A stretch of DNA of 64,000 nt, from NCBI RefSeq assembly GCF_001949145.1, contig NW_019091355.1:4165374-4229373 (forward strand), given 5' to 3'. This stretch comes from Acanthaster planci. Taxonomy: Eukaryota. The stretch's first letter is position 1. The number at the start of each line of letters is the position of its first letter. The position numbers were made by a program, and so were the translations under genes. The notes under the pieces were generated by a model that was not told where the DNA came from, did no database searches, and saw only the letters and a program-made list of their open reading frames with translations. This document shows positions 42,894 to 53,151 of this stretch, piece after piece.

Positions 42894-43154
42894 TGAAATG
42901 TTTGTTTTCAGTGCCTCTCCTTGGATTCTTAACATTGATAGGTCAGTTCAATCTTTGGATATATGCAGATAAGCTAATGAACCTGTACGATAGATTGGTC
43001 CCAATTTTCACAAGGCTACAGTCCCGGCACTACCTGGCAGCACTGAGCATGCCATGCATCCGCAAATCAACCTGTGCGAGGACATAACGAGTTCCCACCC
43101 AACACATTCTCTCTTGTCCCCACTCGCTGCGGATTGATTCTCACAGTGCTTCAA

Positions 43155-43319
43155 TATGGGCGATTCACCACAGCGCGCCTCCAAGGGTTTACAACGCGTT
43201 GGCCAATCACAGTGCACGAAATCTGTCGACCCTTTCCAAACGCGCATTGGGTCAACGGATTTTGCAATTTGGTCAACGGGTTGCAAGTCTTGGAGGTGTG
43301 CTTTTGTGAATCGCCTGTA
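43155..43319. mobile_element. Palindromic ~170-bp MITE family, copy 1
   Basis: TATGGGCGATTCAC...GTGAATCGCCTGTA with fold-back symmetry. Homologous to copies at 53355, 55224, 58067 and 63492. Confidence 0.9.
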
Positions 43320-43503
43320 TTAAAAAAGTTCAGCCAGAGCACTAAAAGGCTCACGAGAATTTAAACCTAGCAGCATTATTCCAAATGGCTTCAAGATCTA
43401 ACTCATAAATTCTACAGCCAGAGCTTTCCATAGGTACCACATCCTTACAAAATCAGGGAACAGTACCAGTTCAGTAGACCTATGAGCAGACACATTCCTT
43501 AAA

Positions 43504-43688
43504 CATGGGGCGGATCCAGAATTTTCAAAAAGGGGAGCAGGTGTGCAAAGTTACTCACTTGGAGGGTTAAATGTGACTGTGAAGTGTGAAGCCAATAGTC
43601 ATCATGTAATATGCAATGGCCCCAATTTAAAATTGTGCAGGGGTGGGGGGGGCTCACACCTGGTGTCCCCCCTCTTAATCCGCCACTA
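43504..43688. mobile_element. CAGGGGCGGATCC-type MITE remnant
   Basis: Termini CATGGGGCGGATCC ... TAATCCGCCACTA with G/C runs. No clear TSD. Confidence 0.55.
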
Positions 43689-44210
43689 TACAGGCATGTG
43701 CATTTACAAAAAACTGATTATAAATTAAACTTTTTACAACATTTTTCCCCTTGTCTTTGAACACATCATACTTTTTGTTTCCTGCTTAAATTACAGGTGC
43801 TTCAAGTTCAAGCATGGTTAAATAACTTTCTGCTGTTTATTTTTAAACATATTCTATATTCACAAAAATTAAGGACTTTATTTTGAGCAAAAACAGAGGA
43901 GCAAGATGACTTTTCATCAGGTTCATAGAACACATGCAATGTGAAACTTGGGTTTTCAGTTTAATAATAGAAACAATTTAGGAACCAGTACAAGTATGCA
44001 TAGAATATTTCTAACAGGTTGCTACTGCACTTGTTTAATACCTCCGGAGGTAAAATTCAATATTTCTGACTGAAATAGAAATCGATGAAATTTCACATGA
44101 CCAATGCAGCTCATAAAATGTGGCATAATTAATAAAAAGCAACTAGGAAAGGTGAACATCGACAAAGAATGCCACCAACAAAACGAAAAGTTGAACTGGG
44201 ATCTTCTTAC

Positions 44211-44491
44211 CCTTTTGACTTGGGGTACTTCTTGAACTCTTGGGCAGCCATCTCCTTGGCCGACCTGAGAGCCTGGGGCTCTGCCGAGATGCCCAGGGCC
44301 CGCTTGTTGCGGGGCGTGCGCCCCATCATGTTGACCAGGGACGGGGAGGTGGGCAAGACCGACTGGAACTTGTCCAGCTTGGACTGCAGCTCCGTTACCT
44401 GCTCATCCCGCTGCCTGAGCAAGTCCTCCAGGTGTCGTATGCGCTCCTCTTTTTGGCGGAGCGCCTTCTGCAGCTCGGTCAGGCTGCCCAT
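44211..44491 (-). CDS. PRKG1: cGMP-dependent protein kinase I (PKG I / foraging-like), N-terminal coding exon: leucine zipper plus autoinhibitory pseudosubstrate
   Basis: Translation MGSLTELQKALRQKEERIRHLEDLLRQRDEQVTELQSKLDKFQSVLP...PRNKRALGISAEPQ...FKKYPKSK matches the known PKG I N-terminus (heptad zipper, KLDKxxSVL, RxxGISAEP, YPKS). The ATG is at 44491 in context AGCATGG. The exon ends AAAGG|GTAAGA at 44211/44210, a phase-2 donor at the position where PKG I first exons end. Codon usage is GC3-rich. Confidence 0.95.
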
Positions 44492-44568
44492 GCTGTTGCC
44501 GGCGGGCGTCAGCGGTGCTGCCGGTGGATCGGTGGGGCCGGACACACCGACGTTGCCCAGCGAAATTC
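44492..44568 (-). other. PRKG1: 5' part of the same exon (5'UTR for the short isoform, or in-frame coding GISLGNVGVSGPTDPPAAPLTPAGNS for a long isoform)
   Basis: Acceptor ...gtgtctgcccgtgttgttacAG|GAATTTCG (AG at 44570-44569) has a pyrimidine-rich tract. The frame is open and in phase with the ATG at 44491. Confidence 0.75.
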
Positions 44569-44949
44569 CTGTAACAACACGGGCAGACACACGGTTGAGA
44601 AACAGTGAAATCTCACGAGCAAAAACACGCAGACAAGAACACTCGATAAAGATTCCAAAGTTGGCGCACTTGGAGTTGCCGCCGACGCAAACTACCAGTG
44701 CCGACCAGCACTGCAATTCTGACAATACGTGGCAACGACGATTCCAGGGAAGTGGGCCTAGGCAAGGGGTAGGTGATCTGACGGGAAAGCCAGCTTTATA
44801 ATGTACACGTTGCACACCAAATAAAAGGCTTCACAATGCACCCACAGCATGGTGCATTCTAACACCACACATCATTATATCACCTTGCATGCAAAGACGG
44901 AATTGAACCCACACGGCTGACTTCACACATGAGCTACCACGAAATAATA

Positions 44950-45320
44950 GAGCCGTGTGTATATGTTGCGTGTGTGTGACGTACGCCCACACAATTCGGA
45001 GTCACCCAGCGTCTCGTCTGCCGGGCAGATGTCCAAAGATATCGAAGACCGAATCAAAGTTCAGTTTTGTATATCTGTATCATTTCTCGAGTATCAGTTC
45101 AGCAGTTTCAGCACCGAAAACATTCTGGTTGCTGTCGGTAGAACGCTTGTGGACAAAAATTTATCTAGCATCCCCGGATATGCTGTGGATCGGTCCGGGC
45201 AATTAACAAGCGGGCGCTCTCCGCTCCACATACACGTACGTGCGCGTACGGCCGAGCTGACTGCACCCAAATTCGGAGGCGTGCGTGTCTACGGTCGCGA
45301 TTTGGGACAGCTCGAGATTT
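44950..45320 (-). promoter_or_regulatory. CpG-rich putative proximal promoter / non-coding first exon for the short PKG isoform
   Basis: Local CpG enrichment (e.g. cgtacgtgcgcgtacggccg, ggtcgcga) 400-750 bp upstream of the PKG exon acceptor. A possible donor TGG|GTGACT lies at ~45005. The region coincides with the boundary of TACATGTA enrichment. Confidence 0.45.
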
Positions 45321-45981
45321 TATTTCCCTCTTCAAGTTCGCTTAAAATATCTTACGCAATTGGAAATAAATCATAAAGTTGGTTCTAGTTTACTTTTTCC
45401 GATATCCAACAGCGGAGCCACACCATTTACCGAGACTTCTGACTGAGTAAAATGACCAAAGGGGGGAAACACGTCTAGGATGAAACTTCACTTTCTTGTA
45501 TACGTGAGAAACGTCAAAAAAATTCATAATTTTAACCTTTATCAGTAGAGTTTTAGTACTTGGTTGCATAAGAAATTGCAATTCTAACAAACACCTTGTA
45601 CGTTGAAATTTTTGGGGTGGGTGGGTGGAGTGATTTAAATATCTACTTATTTGACAAATGACACGTGTATTCGAGTTTTTTTAAAATACAATTTTGTAAA
45701 TTTGGCCGAAGTCTGGCTTTGCTATCTTTGTACTGTCTTTATTGACCAACCTCTAGCTCTCCGGACATTCAATTTCAGTTTTGGCTAACCACTAGTCAGT
45801 CAGTTCTGTTATTTTCAGATTAAACAGGGTCGGTGGTTTCATTTTTTTATCAGGGGATTGGGGACAGTACGTTTCGAACCTGGCTGAAGGGGGTGGGGTG
45901 GAACGTCGGGGTGAAACAAGTTTTATTTCGGATTTCCTAACCTGCCTACGAAATGCTAAACTAGGTGACAGGGGCATTTGT

Positions 45982-46000
45982 TGACTCTAGAGGGCGCTAT
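45982..46000 (+). promoter_or_regulatory. CTCF-like site
   Basis: TGACTCTAGAGGGCGCTAT closely follows the CTCF core consensus. Confidence 0.5.
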
Positions 46001-47999
46001 TGACGGCCAGCGCTGGTTTCATTTCACAAGCGGGTCGAGCTGCATTTTGTGGCCTGGAAGACAGTTAACATACAGAATGGCTCATGAATATGACCAACTA
46101 CGAAAAAATGAATCACTTCCACAACCTGCCAAGCAGAAACATGCTGTTTAAAATGAACACAGATTTATATCAACAGTACTGTGTGGCGAACAGTGGTCGA
46201 AACAGTGTTACGGGTGACCACCTGAGAACCCCCGCCCAGAATGTGGGAGGAGAGGAAACAATAGGATGAAAGAGAGACACATTTTTATATTTATAAAAAC
46301 TATCCTTCAACCAAAATGAGGTCCCCAGCGAGCCCCTGCCCATTCCACTACGTGAATTATCCATTTCAGTTACACCCCCGTTGATAAGTGAATCACTATT
46401 AGTGAATATCCAGTATAATCAGACACATAGAAACACGTCAAAGATGGTTTAGAAGCCTTCAGTGGTTATATTTCCTTGAAAGGGAATAATTAATAATCAG
46501 TCACCATTTCCTCATAGCTCAAAAGGATACTCAGTTAGCGATATAACAGTGTTGTTGTCAAGACAGACGTTTCAAGACCAGACACAAGACCATGCAGTGC
46601 ACAAAACAAGACATATTAAGTAACAGAGTGAACATTGACAAAGCGATGCTTTTGTTAGAGTTCATTTGAAAGCTTGTGACTTGAATCCAGGCTTGGGGTC
46701 TTGTGTTGGTCTTGTGGGCACTTGTAACGGCCCGTCCCCCGAAAAGTTAAAGCGTCCTAGTCATACGTCAGCCTATTGCTGTGTCTCCTTCCTCCATGGT
46801 TATTTAAGCATGCCGCTGTAGCTCCAGGAAAAGGAGGGCGCCCTACAACATTGCTGCTGATCGTTTGGTTATGCCAGTGGCAAATCAAAACTCCCCGATA
46901 TTCCGAATAAGAAACTACCCAAGAAAATGGCTTTACATTTAGCAAAAATTTAACGGGATAGTCCATTATAAACTATAATACCTGATGTCAGTCAGTACAG
47001 TGACATCACCCCAAAAAATATTGTGGATCCATGAATGCACGACAACACTAGGGCCTATATCGCATTAAAATGTAAACCTTATTGTCCAACCCCGTTGAGA
47101 ATTACAAACATTTTGTTTGGACTTTATTAGAGCGCGTTATGTTGGAGCGCGTACTCAGCGGCCGCCTGATGACAGCCCTGCTGGCCGATTGTTAATGGGC
47201 ATAATCAATTCCTACGGGAGACGATGATGCGGATAAGAGTCTTAATGGCTGGCAGTAAAGAAGACCGAAGGCATCAGCTGTCGTTCTGAGAGGGGTCTGA
47301 GGCACGACCAGCAGGGCCAGCAGGGTTCCCAGACGTCGAGGATGGGGTTGCCATGGTAAAAGAGAAACGTTTTGTTACTCGAGGAAACATCGTCCAGTTT
47401 GAAGTGTGGTCTGCACTACAGCCTCGTGGTTATATGGTGTATATTAATGCCTTTATTGTGATAGCTTTAAAAACTTCTGAACTTTATCACAATCGTCGAC
47501 TATTTTAGATGATTTCGGATAGATTCACCTAGCAGTAGATTTTTTTGTCCCCCGTGACGCAATCTGATCCCCTCTTTGAAAATCTTGAATTTGCGCAGAT
47601 TTCACAATGGAGATATTGGAGAAGGTCTGTACTCCCAACATCTTCATCTTCAACGGTCATCTTTTGTGAATGTGTCTGATCGCTTTTTCGGGGCAACTTT
47701 ACAGCTAAAGCCTTTTCATACGATTGTTGGTTCGTCGTCGAAGTTATCAGTCATGCTTAATAGACCGATTGCGCCTGTTAAGTCACCTGACCTATCGTGG
47801 GTATTAAATCTCGATAAAACGGCGTCCGCCCAAAGATAAGTGTTTCATAAGTATCATTTACGAAAAATAAAGCCGACGGTAGGTACGGTACTACTGATGT
47901 GCTGGGTACTATACCGTAACTTGGCTGCATTGTTTGTAAACAACGCTTAAAACACACGTATGGGATTGATACCCACTATAGGTCACTACAGGTATAAGT

Positions 48000-49400
48000 C
48001 ACGTAATTGAGCTGGCGCAATCGATCTATTAAGGATTCTACGGGGAATCATAATGATATTGTACTAGATCTATGATTCCGATGACAGCTTCTAAACCTCC
48101 ACTGCTGGACATCTTGGCAGTAACGGCGAGAGAGGTCAAAATGCGTGCGAGTCGATTCTGTCTCTTGTCCGAGGCGGAGAAGAGCACCCAGCCCAGCACC
48201 GTCGTGGACTTGTAGCTCTTTTGCCTGAGGCCTAAACTCCATCCGCGGCAGTCTGCTATGTTGGTCTCCACCGGCCCAGACTCCATACCGACGTCTTCAT
48301 CGACCGCTACATCACACATACCCAGTGCTACCAACTCGCCCGGATCGCACTCCGTAGGCGTCTATTCTGGCAGGCAAACAGCCTTTTTCAGACTCTCCCT
48401 TCTTGGACTCTCCCTTTTGGGGCGCGCCATTTAACGTGCTGGCCCCGGGATAGTGGAATTTTTGCCTCCCATACTCGGAGACAGAAACATACATACTCTC
48501 CCATCGCCTGCAGCTTGGCTCCCTTTGTTTCAGATGGGTCCGATACCCGTTTTGGTATACTAATGTATACACACCGGGTTTCCCGCCTCCAGTTCCACTC
48601 CAGGAAAGCTTCATCCGAGAGCGTCAGGCGGTCAAAGCAGCAAAGACGACGAAGCGTGAGTCGTCAATGAATTTGTAACTGCCTCATCACATACATGTAC
48701 TTCTGTCTGTGCACGAGTGGCGTGAAGTTTCAAAGCGCTTACAAGAATGATCCAGGCATTCCTATTTCTGATCATGTAATTTCTCGGTGTCTAGACCCGA
48801 GAACTCATAAATTACCGAATGAGCAACCCATGGAAGAGCTGAACGATTACGTAGTATTTGGAGGAGTAAGAAAATATTTGTTAATCCTCTTAAACTTACC
48901 GCTAAGCTCAAGAAAATCTTTAACTAATTCATCTGTTCTGTGTATTGAGACAAGATGAAGGTTTCTCATAAGCATTTGCTTCAATTATCTCTGCCCCTCC
49001 TTCCTCTGTATATGACTCATTAGTTAATCCAGAATGTCCCACTTATATTTCTAGGGATATGGGCGTGGGTCATACAGCTGCAGGCCTGATATTGTTAGGC
49101 TCAGCTAGTCAGTGTTCAGGTTTGTCTAGGCAGCGTACTTTAGATGAGGTATTCAATAAGAAACTGTCGACTATCTCAAGAAGAATTCCTCATCTTTGGG
49201 TGAGCTCTGCAGCCACTAACTTATGACAAATATTGAGGAAACGGAGAAAGCAAATCAAAGTTTCAAAATGGTACCCTCCTTCAGCTCTTCAGTCCCTATA
49301 CCGATTTCGTCTTCCGCTCGCTGTCATGGAGAGATGTTGGTCACCCTTTCAGAAGTAGTCAAGGATTTTCCAGCACGCCAAATCTAGAGTCGCGAAGATC
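48000..49400 (+). mobile_element. Probable decayed gag/5' region of the DIRS element
   Basis: GC/CpG-richer sequence resembling decayed coding DNA, directly upstream of the RT fragment. No diagnostic motif. Boundaries are approximate. Confidence 0.35.
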
Positions 49401-49417
49401 ACCAAGATCGCCATTGC

Positions 49418-51340
49418 AAGATCACGAAGCCAGTAGCAGCAACTCTGAGAGAAATTGGTGTCAGATGCATCTTCTATCTGGACGACATCCTAATTCTAGG
49501 TACATCATGTCAGGAGTGTATGGGTAACAGACATTTGGCGACCGGCCCCCTCCGCAACTGGGTTTGATGCTGAAGGTCAACTCGCAGCAAGTATATCAGA
49601 AATTTTGTTTCTGGGGTTTGTGGGTGGTACAGTCGGCGCACATGTCTCTTTCATTTAATCAAGAAAAGATCGACAAAAAACAATCAACCATTTCCAGGAG
49701 GTCTTAAAAGTGGAAGAAGGGACAGCTCGCGAGCTAGCGAGTTTCCTTGGCAGGTAGTCGGCAACATCGCGAACAGTTTTTTCGGGGCCCATCTTTTATT
49801 GCAACCTACCGTTAGACAGGATACATTCGTTTTGCAGCGATCTCAACAAGGACGGCGTAGTTCTATTGTCGCTTTAGAGGTTCTGCATGGCAGATGTCTT
49901 TCCGGTAACTGCTTTTGTCGTGGAGCGAAAGAACAAAAGGTCTACTCACGTGTATCTCTGTGGAATAAAAGCTCTGACCGGAAAAATGGCTGCCATTCAG
50001 AACCTCTGTAGAGGCAAGTCAGCAGCTAGAAATGTGGATTTCGTATCTTCACGTTTCGATCGTCGTATAGCAAACCTGGCAATTCAGACAGATACGTCTA
50101 CTTTGGGCTAGGGCTCCTGCACGGGGCAGACGAATACAGGCAGCCGATGGTCATCTCTGGAGTAGGCAAGTCAAATACATTCCGTGGAGTTGTTTGAAGC
50201 GTTCATGATCTTAAATCCTGTTGGTGAATCCCAAGGGTCTCCATGTCCGACTTCAGATTGATAATTCTGTTGCAGTAGTCTGAATGAAGGGGGACCCGGT
50301 CCAAGCAGCTCTCTCAACTTGCGATAAAGATTTGGTGTTGTCGCCTCGAGAAGAATATACTCTGTCAACAAAACTCGGGGTGGGCTCACAACAAACAGCA
50401 GACATCCTCTTGAGGGTTTCAACGATCGCTCTGAATGGTGTCTTTCGTAAGAGATCAATGATGTAGCCACGGGGGGGCACGTGCCCCCCCCCCACAAATT
50501 CCCGGTGCCCTTAGGTGCCCCCCCCCAAAAAAAAAACCAGATGAATGGATATTCAACAAGGCTAACAAAAACTTGCCCCAAAAAACCACCCCACTAAAAG
50601 CTGGTGACCCCATAAGATGCTGGTGTCCCCTTTGTGCCTCCCCACTAGTAAATTTTAGCAACGCCACGGCTAGAGATCTTTCCAAGATCATGTTCACGCT
50701 AAAGTTTGCTCTATTATGGTAGACCTGTTTCCGACTCGTCTGAAGGCTCAATTGACAGAGAGGATCGTGTCTTGGCGTCCAGATCCATTTGCCAACGTGG
50801 AAGGTTGATTTTTCTTCTTCTCAACTGGAAGGAACTGACAGGCAGATTGTTCCTCCCTCCGTTGTATTTTCCAAACACCCACACAAGATTCAGGAGGAGA
50901 ATGCTACTACCACTGTCTTGATCGCTCCGGTATGGTCAATTCAGACTTGGTATCCAAAACTTCAAGGCAAGACCATCACCAATCCATTGCTCATTCCTAA
51001 GAGACAGGATCTCTCCGCCCTCCGCAAAATCATTAGGAAGATCACCCGCTGCTTCCAAGTCTACAACAAGCCGCTTACGAACAATCGGGGAAAGCTTACA
51101 ACCAAGAGGAATTTCCCAAATAGTGTCAAACACAATCGCGGAGTCACGGAATTAGAAACCAATCTAGCATCTAGATAACTCTGCTTGGAATCTATGGTTT
51201 TGCTGGTGTTTTTCGAGGCAAACTGACCCAGTTCGAACGTTAATTTTTGTTTGCTTTTCACAAAATCTTTTTATGATGGTCTTCTCCATACAGAACCCTC
51301 AATGTGTGCTGCTCGTTCATTTCGTCAACTCTGGTTCGTT
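49418..51340 (+). mobile_element. Degenerate DIRS1-type tyrosine-recombinase retrotransposon (RT C-half, RNase H, Dam-like methyltransferase, YR N-terminus)
   Basis: RT: KITKPVAATLREIGVRCIFYLDDILILG (YLDD at 49475-49486). RNase H: IQTDTSTLG*GSC...TGSRWSSLE*...IHSVELF (from 50082) and HVRLQIDNSVAV. MT: VDLFPTRLKAQL (50719) and PPS...KIQEENATTTVLIAPVWSIQTWYPKL. YR N-terminus: NSAWNLWFCWCFSRQTDP and YRTLNVCCSFISST. The domain order is that of DIRS1. Many stops and frameshifts. Confidence 0.88.
50456..50669. mobile_element. hAT-like MITE inserted into the DIRS relic
   Basis: Ends CAATGATGTAGC...GCAACGCCACGG (a decayed CAGTGGCGTAGC TIR) with G/C-run internal motifs. Flanked by TAAGAGAT (50448-50455) and CTAGAGAT (50670-50677), consistent with a decayed 8-bp TSD. 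Confidence 0.7.
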
Positions 51341-51949
51341 GAGGGTCAGCGTAACTGGTCACACACTCCTTCAAAGGTGTCCTTGCAACTTCACATTTTA
51401 CAGTCACATGAAATATATGCTTAAACAAATATAGTCTCAGTGCATGACGTAACGACGTGAGGGGGCAGTTTGGGGATTTATGTACCTCTTCTGTGAAAAA
51501 TTGGGATGGACAAAACCTATACAAGTCGCAGATCATTGAATTTTGCTTCCAATGCCCGTTGGGAATGGGTTCGGCCCTGGTGTCCCTCAGAAGTTTCACC
51601 AAGTTATGTCACTGTATGATACGCACGGACGTCAATGTATATGAACCACTGCGATTTTGCCTACAACTTGTGCGGGCAGCCAAAGTTTGCAGAAATACCA
51701 CCTTTTTGGTTGGTTTTCGATTTTACCTCAAAATGGCCATTTGTCCCATTAATTTTAAATAAAAATTGTATGTGCATTTCGTATTTAGTAGCACGTGTAT
51801 TTTTATCTGGTGCTCTGCAGCTGCTTGGGATTTTGACGCTTTGTGAATTATTCTAAAACTTTGTACCGACGGCCAACTATAGTTTTAGCAGCCACGTGGA
51901 GGAAAAACATGACTGTGACGTCAAAAGAGCAACCCTTATAAGTACTTAC

Positions 51950-52166
51950 CCGTGACCAAGTGAACGTTCTGTTCCGTCACCACGGACTGTTTGGCAGGCT
52001 CAATCCAGCCTTCCCTGAACTCGCTCGAGGCGTGACTTGGGGTGTGGCGTAACAAGGCATCCTTGGACTGTGCGTCCGAGTCCTGGGAGCCCCGCGAGCG
52101 GACAGACTGCCCACTGGAGGGAAAGACTACCGATCGCTGGTCATGACAGACTAGTGCTGAGCCCAT
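51950..52166 (-). CDS. PRKG1: Candidate upstream coding exon of a long PKG isoform (MGSALVCHDQRSVVFPSSG...QNVHLVT, 72 codons plus 1 nt)
   Basis: GC-rich open frame on the PKG strand. It is preceded by a strong acceptor (tttttcttgattatcacacAG, exon start 52218) and ends at a consensus donor CGG|GTAAGT (51950/51949) in phase 1. This exactly complements the phase-1 acceptor at 44568 (G+GA = Gly). No homology support was recognised. Confidence 0.55.
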
Positions 52167-52841
52167 GCAAAATGGTAAGAGTGGCTACAGTGCGGAGGGG
52201 ATGCTGAAGGACATCAATCTGTGTGATAATCAAGAAAAAAGTCACAACAGGAAAAAAGTCTTATTTCTCAGTTAATAATTATCGACCACTTGACGACCAA
52301 GCTAATTTTCCAACACTGATCTACATCGATCTTTTATTTGGAAACTGAAGCTTTAATGCACTGTGTTATAGATACCACATTGTCATTTCCTGGACGCTGC
52401 CATTTTTGCGATTTATCTGAAGGCATATGTGGGTAGATAAACGTGACAAATATGGAAGTCTAATCAGTCTTCTGTGTAATATTGCTCACACGGAAGCAGC
52501 CGAGAGAAGGCAAGAAACACTATGCCGAAAGTGGCGTTCAGATGGAATACTTTGAACGGACTGTACGGTCTCCACCATAACCCTTGACATTGTCAGAAAT
52601 GATAAAAATAATAATAAAGTACTGATGTCGTCTGATTTGTGTATTACAGATCACGTGACATGAAATATTCAGACCAATGCATGGCGCTTGCATTCCCCCA
52701 AACAGTGAAAACAGAACAGTACAAACGCCGCCATAGGTCATTTTGGTCAAACGAACACGCAAGCTAGCGTTATCAACGACAAGTGCTAACGCAGCTCTTC
52801 ATCACACGAATATTATGACATCCAGATAACGAATAACTTAC

Positions 52842-52992
52842 GTGTGGAGTACTAATCCGTTTAATCGATGAAGAAATTATTAACTCGCCAGTGATGCTGA
52901 TGCCTCTAATATAAGGTGAAAAATTAATCGTGCTGTCAAACGATAAGAGAAATTTACAAGGCATCCGGGATAATCTGAACAGCGTGAACTGA
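52842..52992 (-). other. Possible non-coding first exon and Inr for the long isoform
   Basis: Minus-strand TCAGTT initiator-like motif at 52992-52987 and donor CAC|GTAAGT at 52842/52841, ~620 bp upstream of the 52218 acceptor. Motif evidence only. Confidence 0.25.
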
Positions 52993-53052
52993 AGAGCATA
53001 ATATAAAGAGACAACCTCGTACCGTGGAGAGAAAAATCTATTCAGATCTTGT

Positions 53053-53151
53053 CAGTGGAGGTACTACGGGAGGTGGGGCACATTTCCCCTTCCCAGAGGA
53101 TGCCCGTACACCCCCGGGTGCCCCCTAAATTTAGCCTTACTTTCGCCACTG
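53053..53151. mobile_element. 99-bp hAT-like MITE
   Basis: CAGTGG...CCACTG termini with a perfect 8-bp TSD GATCTTGT (53045-53052 and 53152-53159). Confidence 0.85.

Larger units (their letters stand above)
1..44210 (-). other. Large intron downstream of the PKG N-terminal exon (runs off the window)
   Basis: Starts with GTAAGA at 44210 on the minus strand. I found no following PKG exon (expected SKxLIxxAILDNDF...), although a short exon could be missed by eye or lie in the gap. Confidence 0.65.

Noticed and set aside
44169..44801. 210-aa and 122-aa plus-strand ORFs
   Set aside because: Antisense shadows of the GC-rich PKG exon.
44569..44815. Upstream part of the 202-aa minus ORF as PKG N-terminus
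   Set aside because: It lies beyond a clear splice acceptor at 44569/44568 and has a non-ATG start, so it is intronic read-through.
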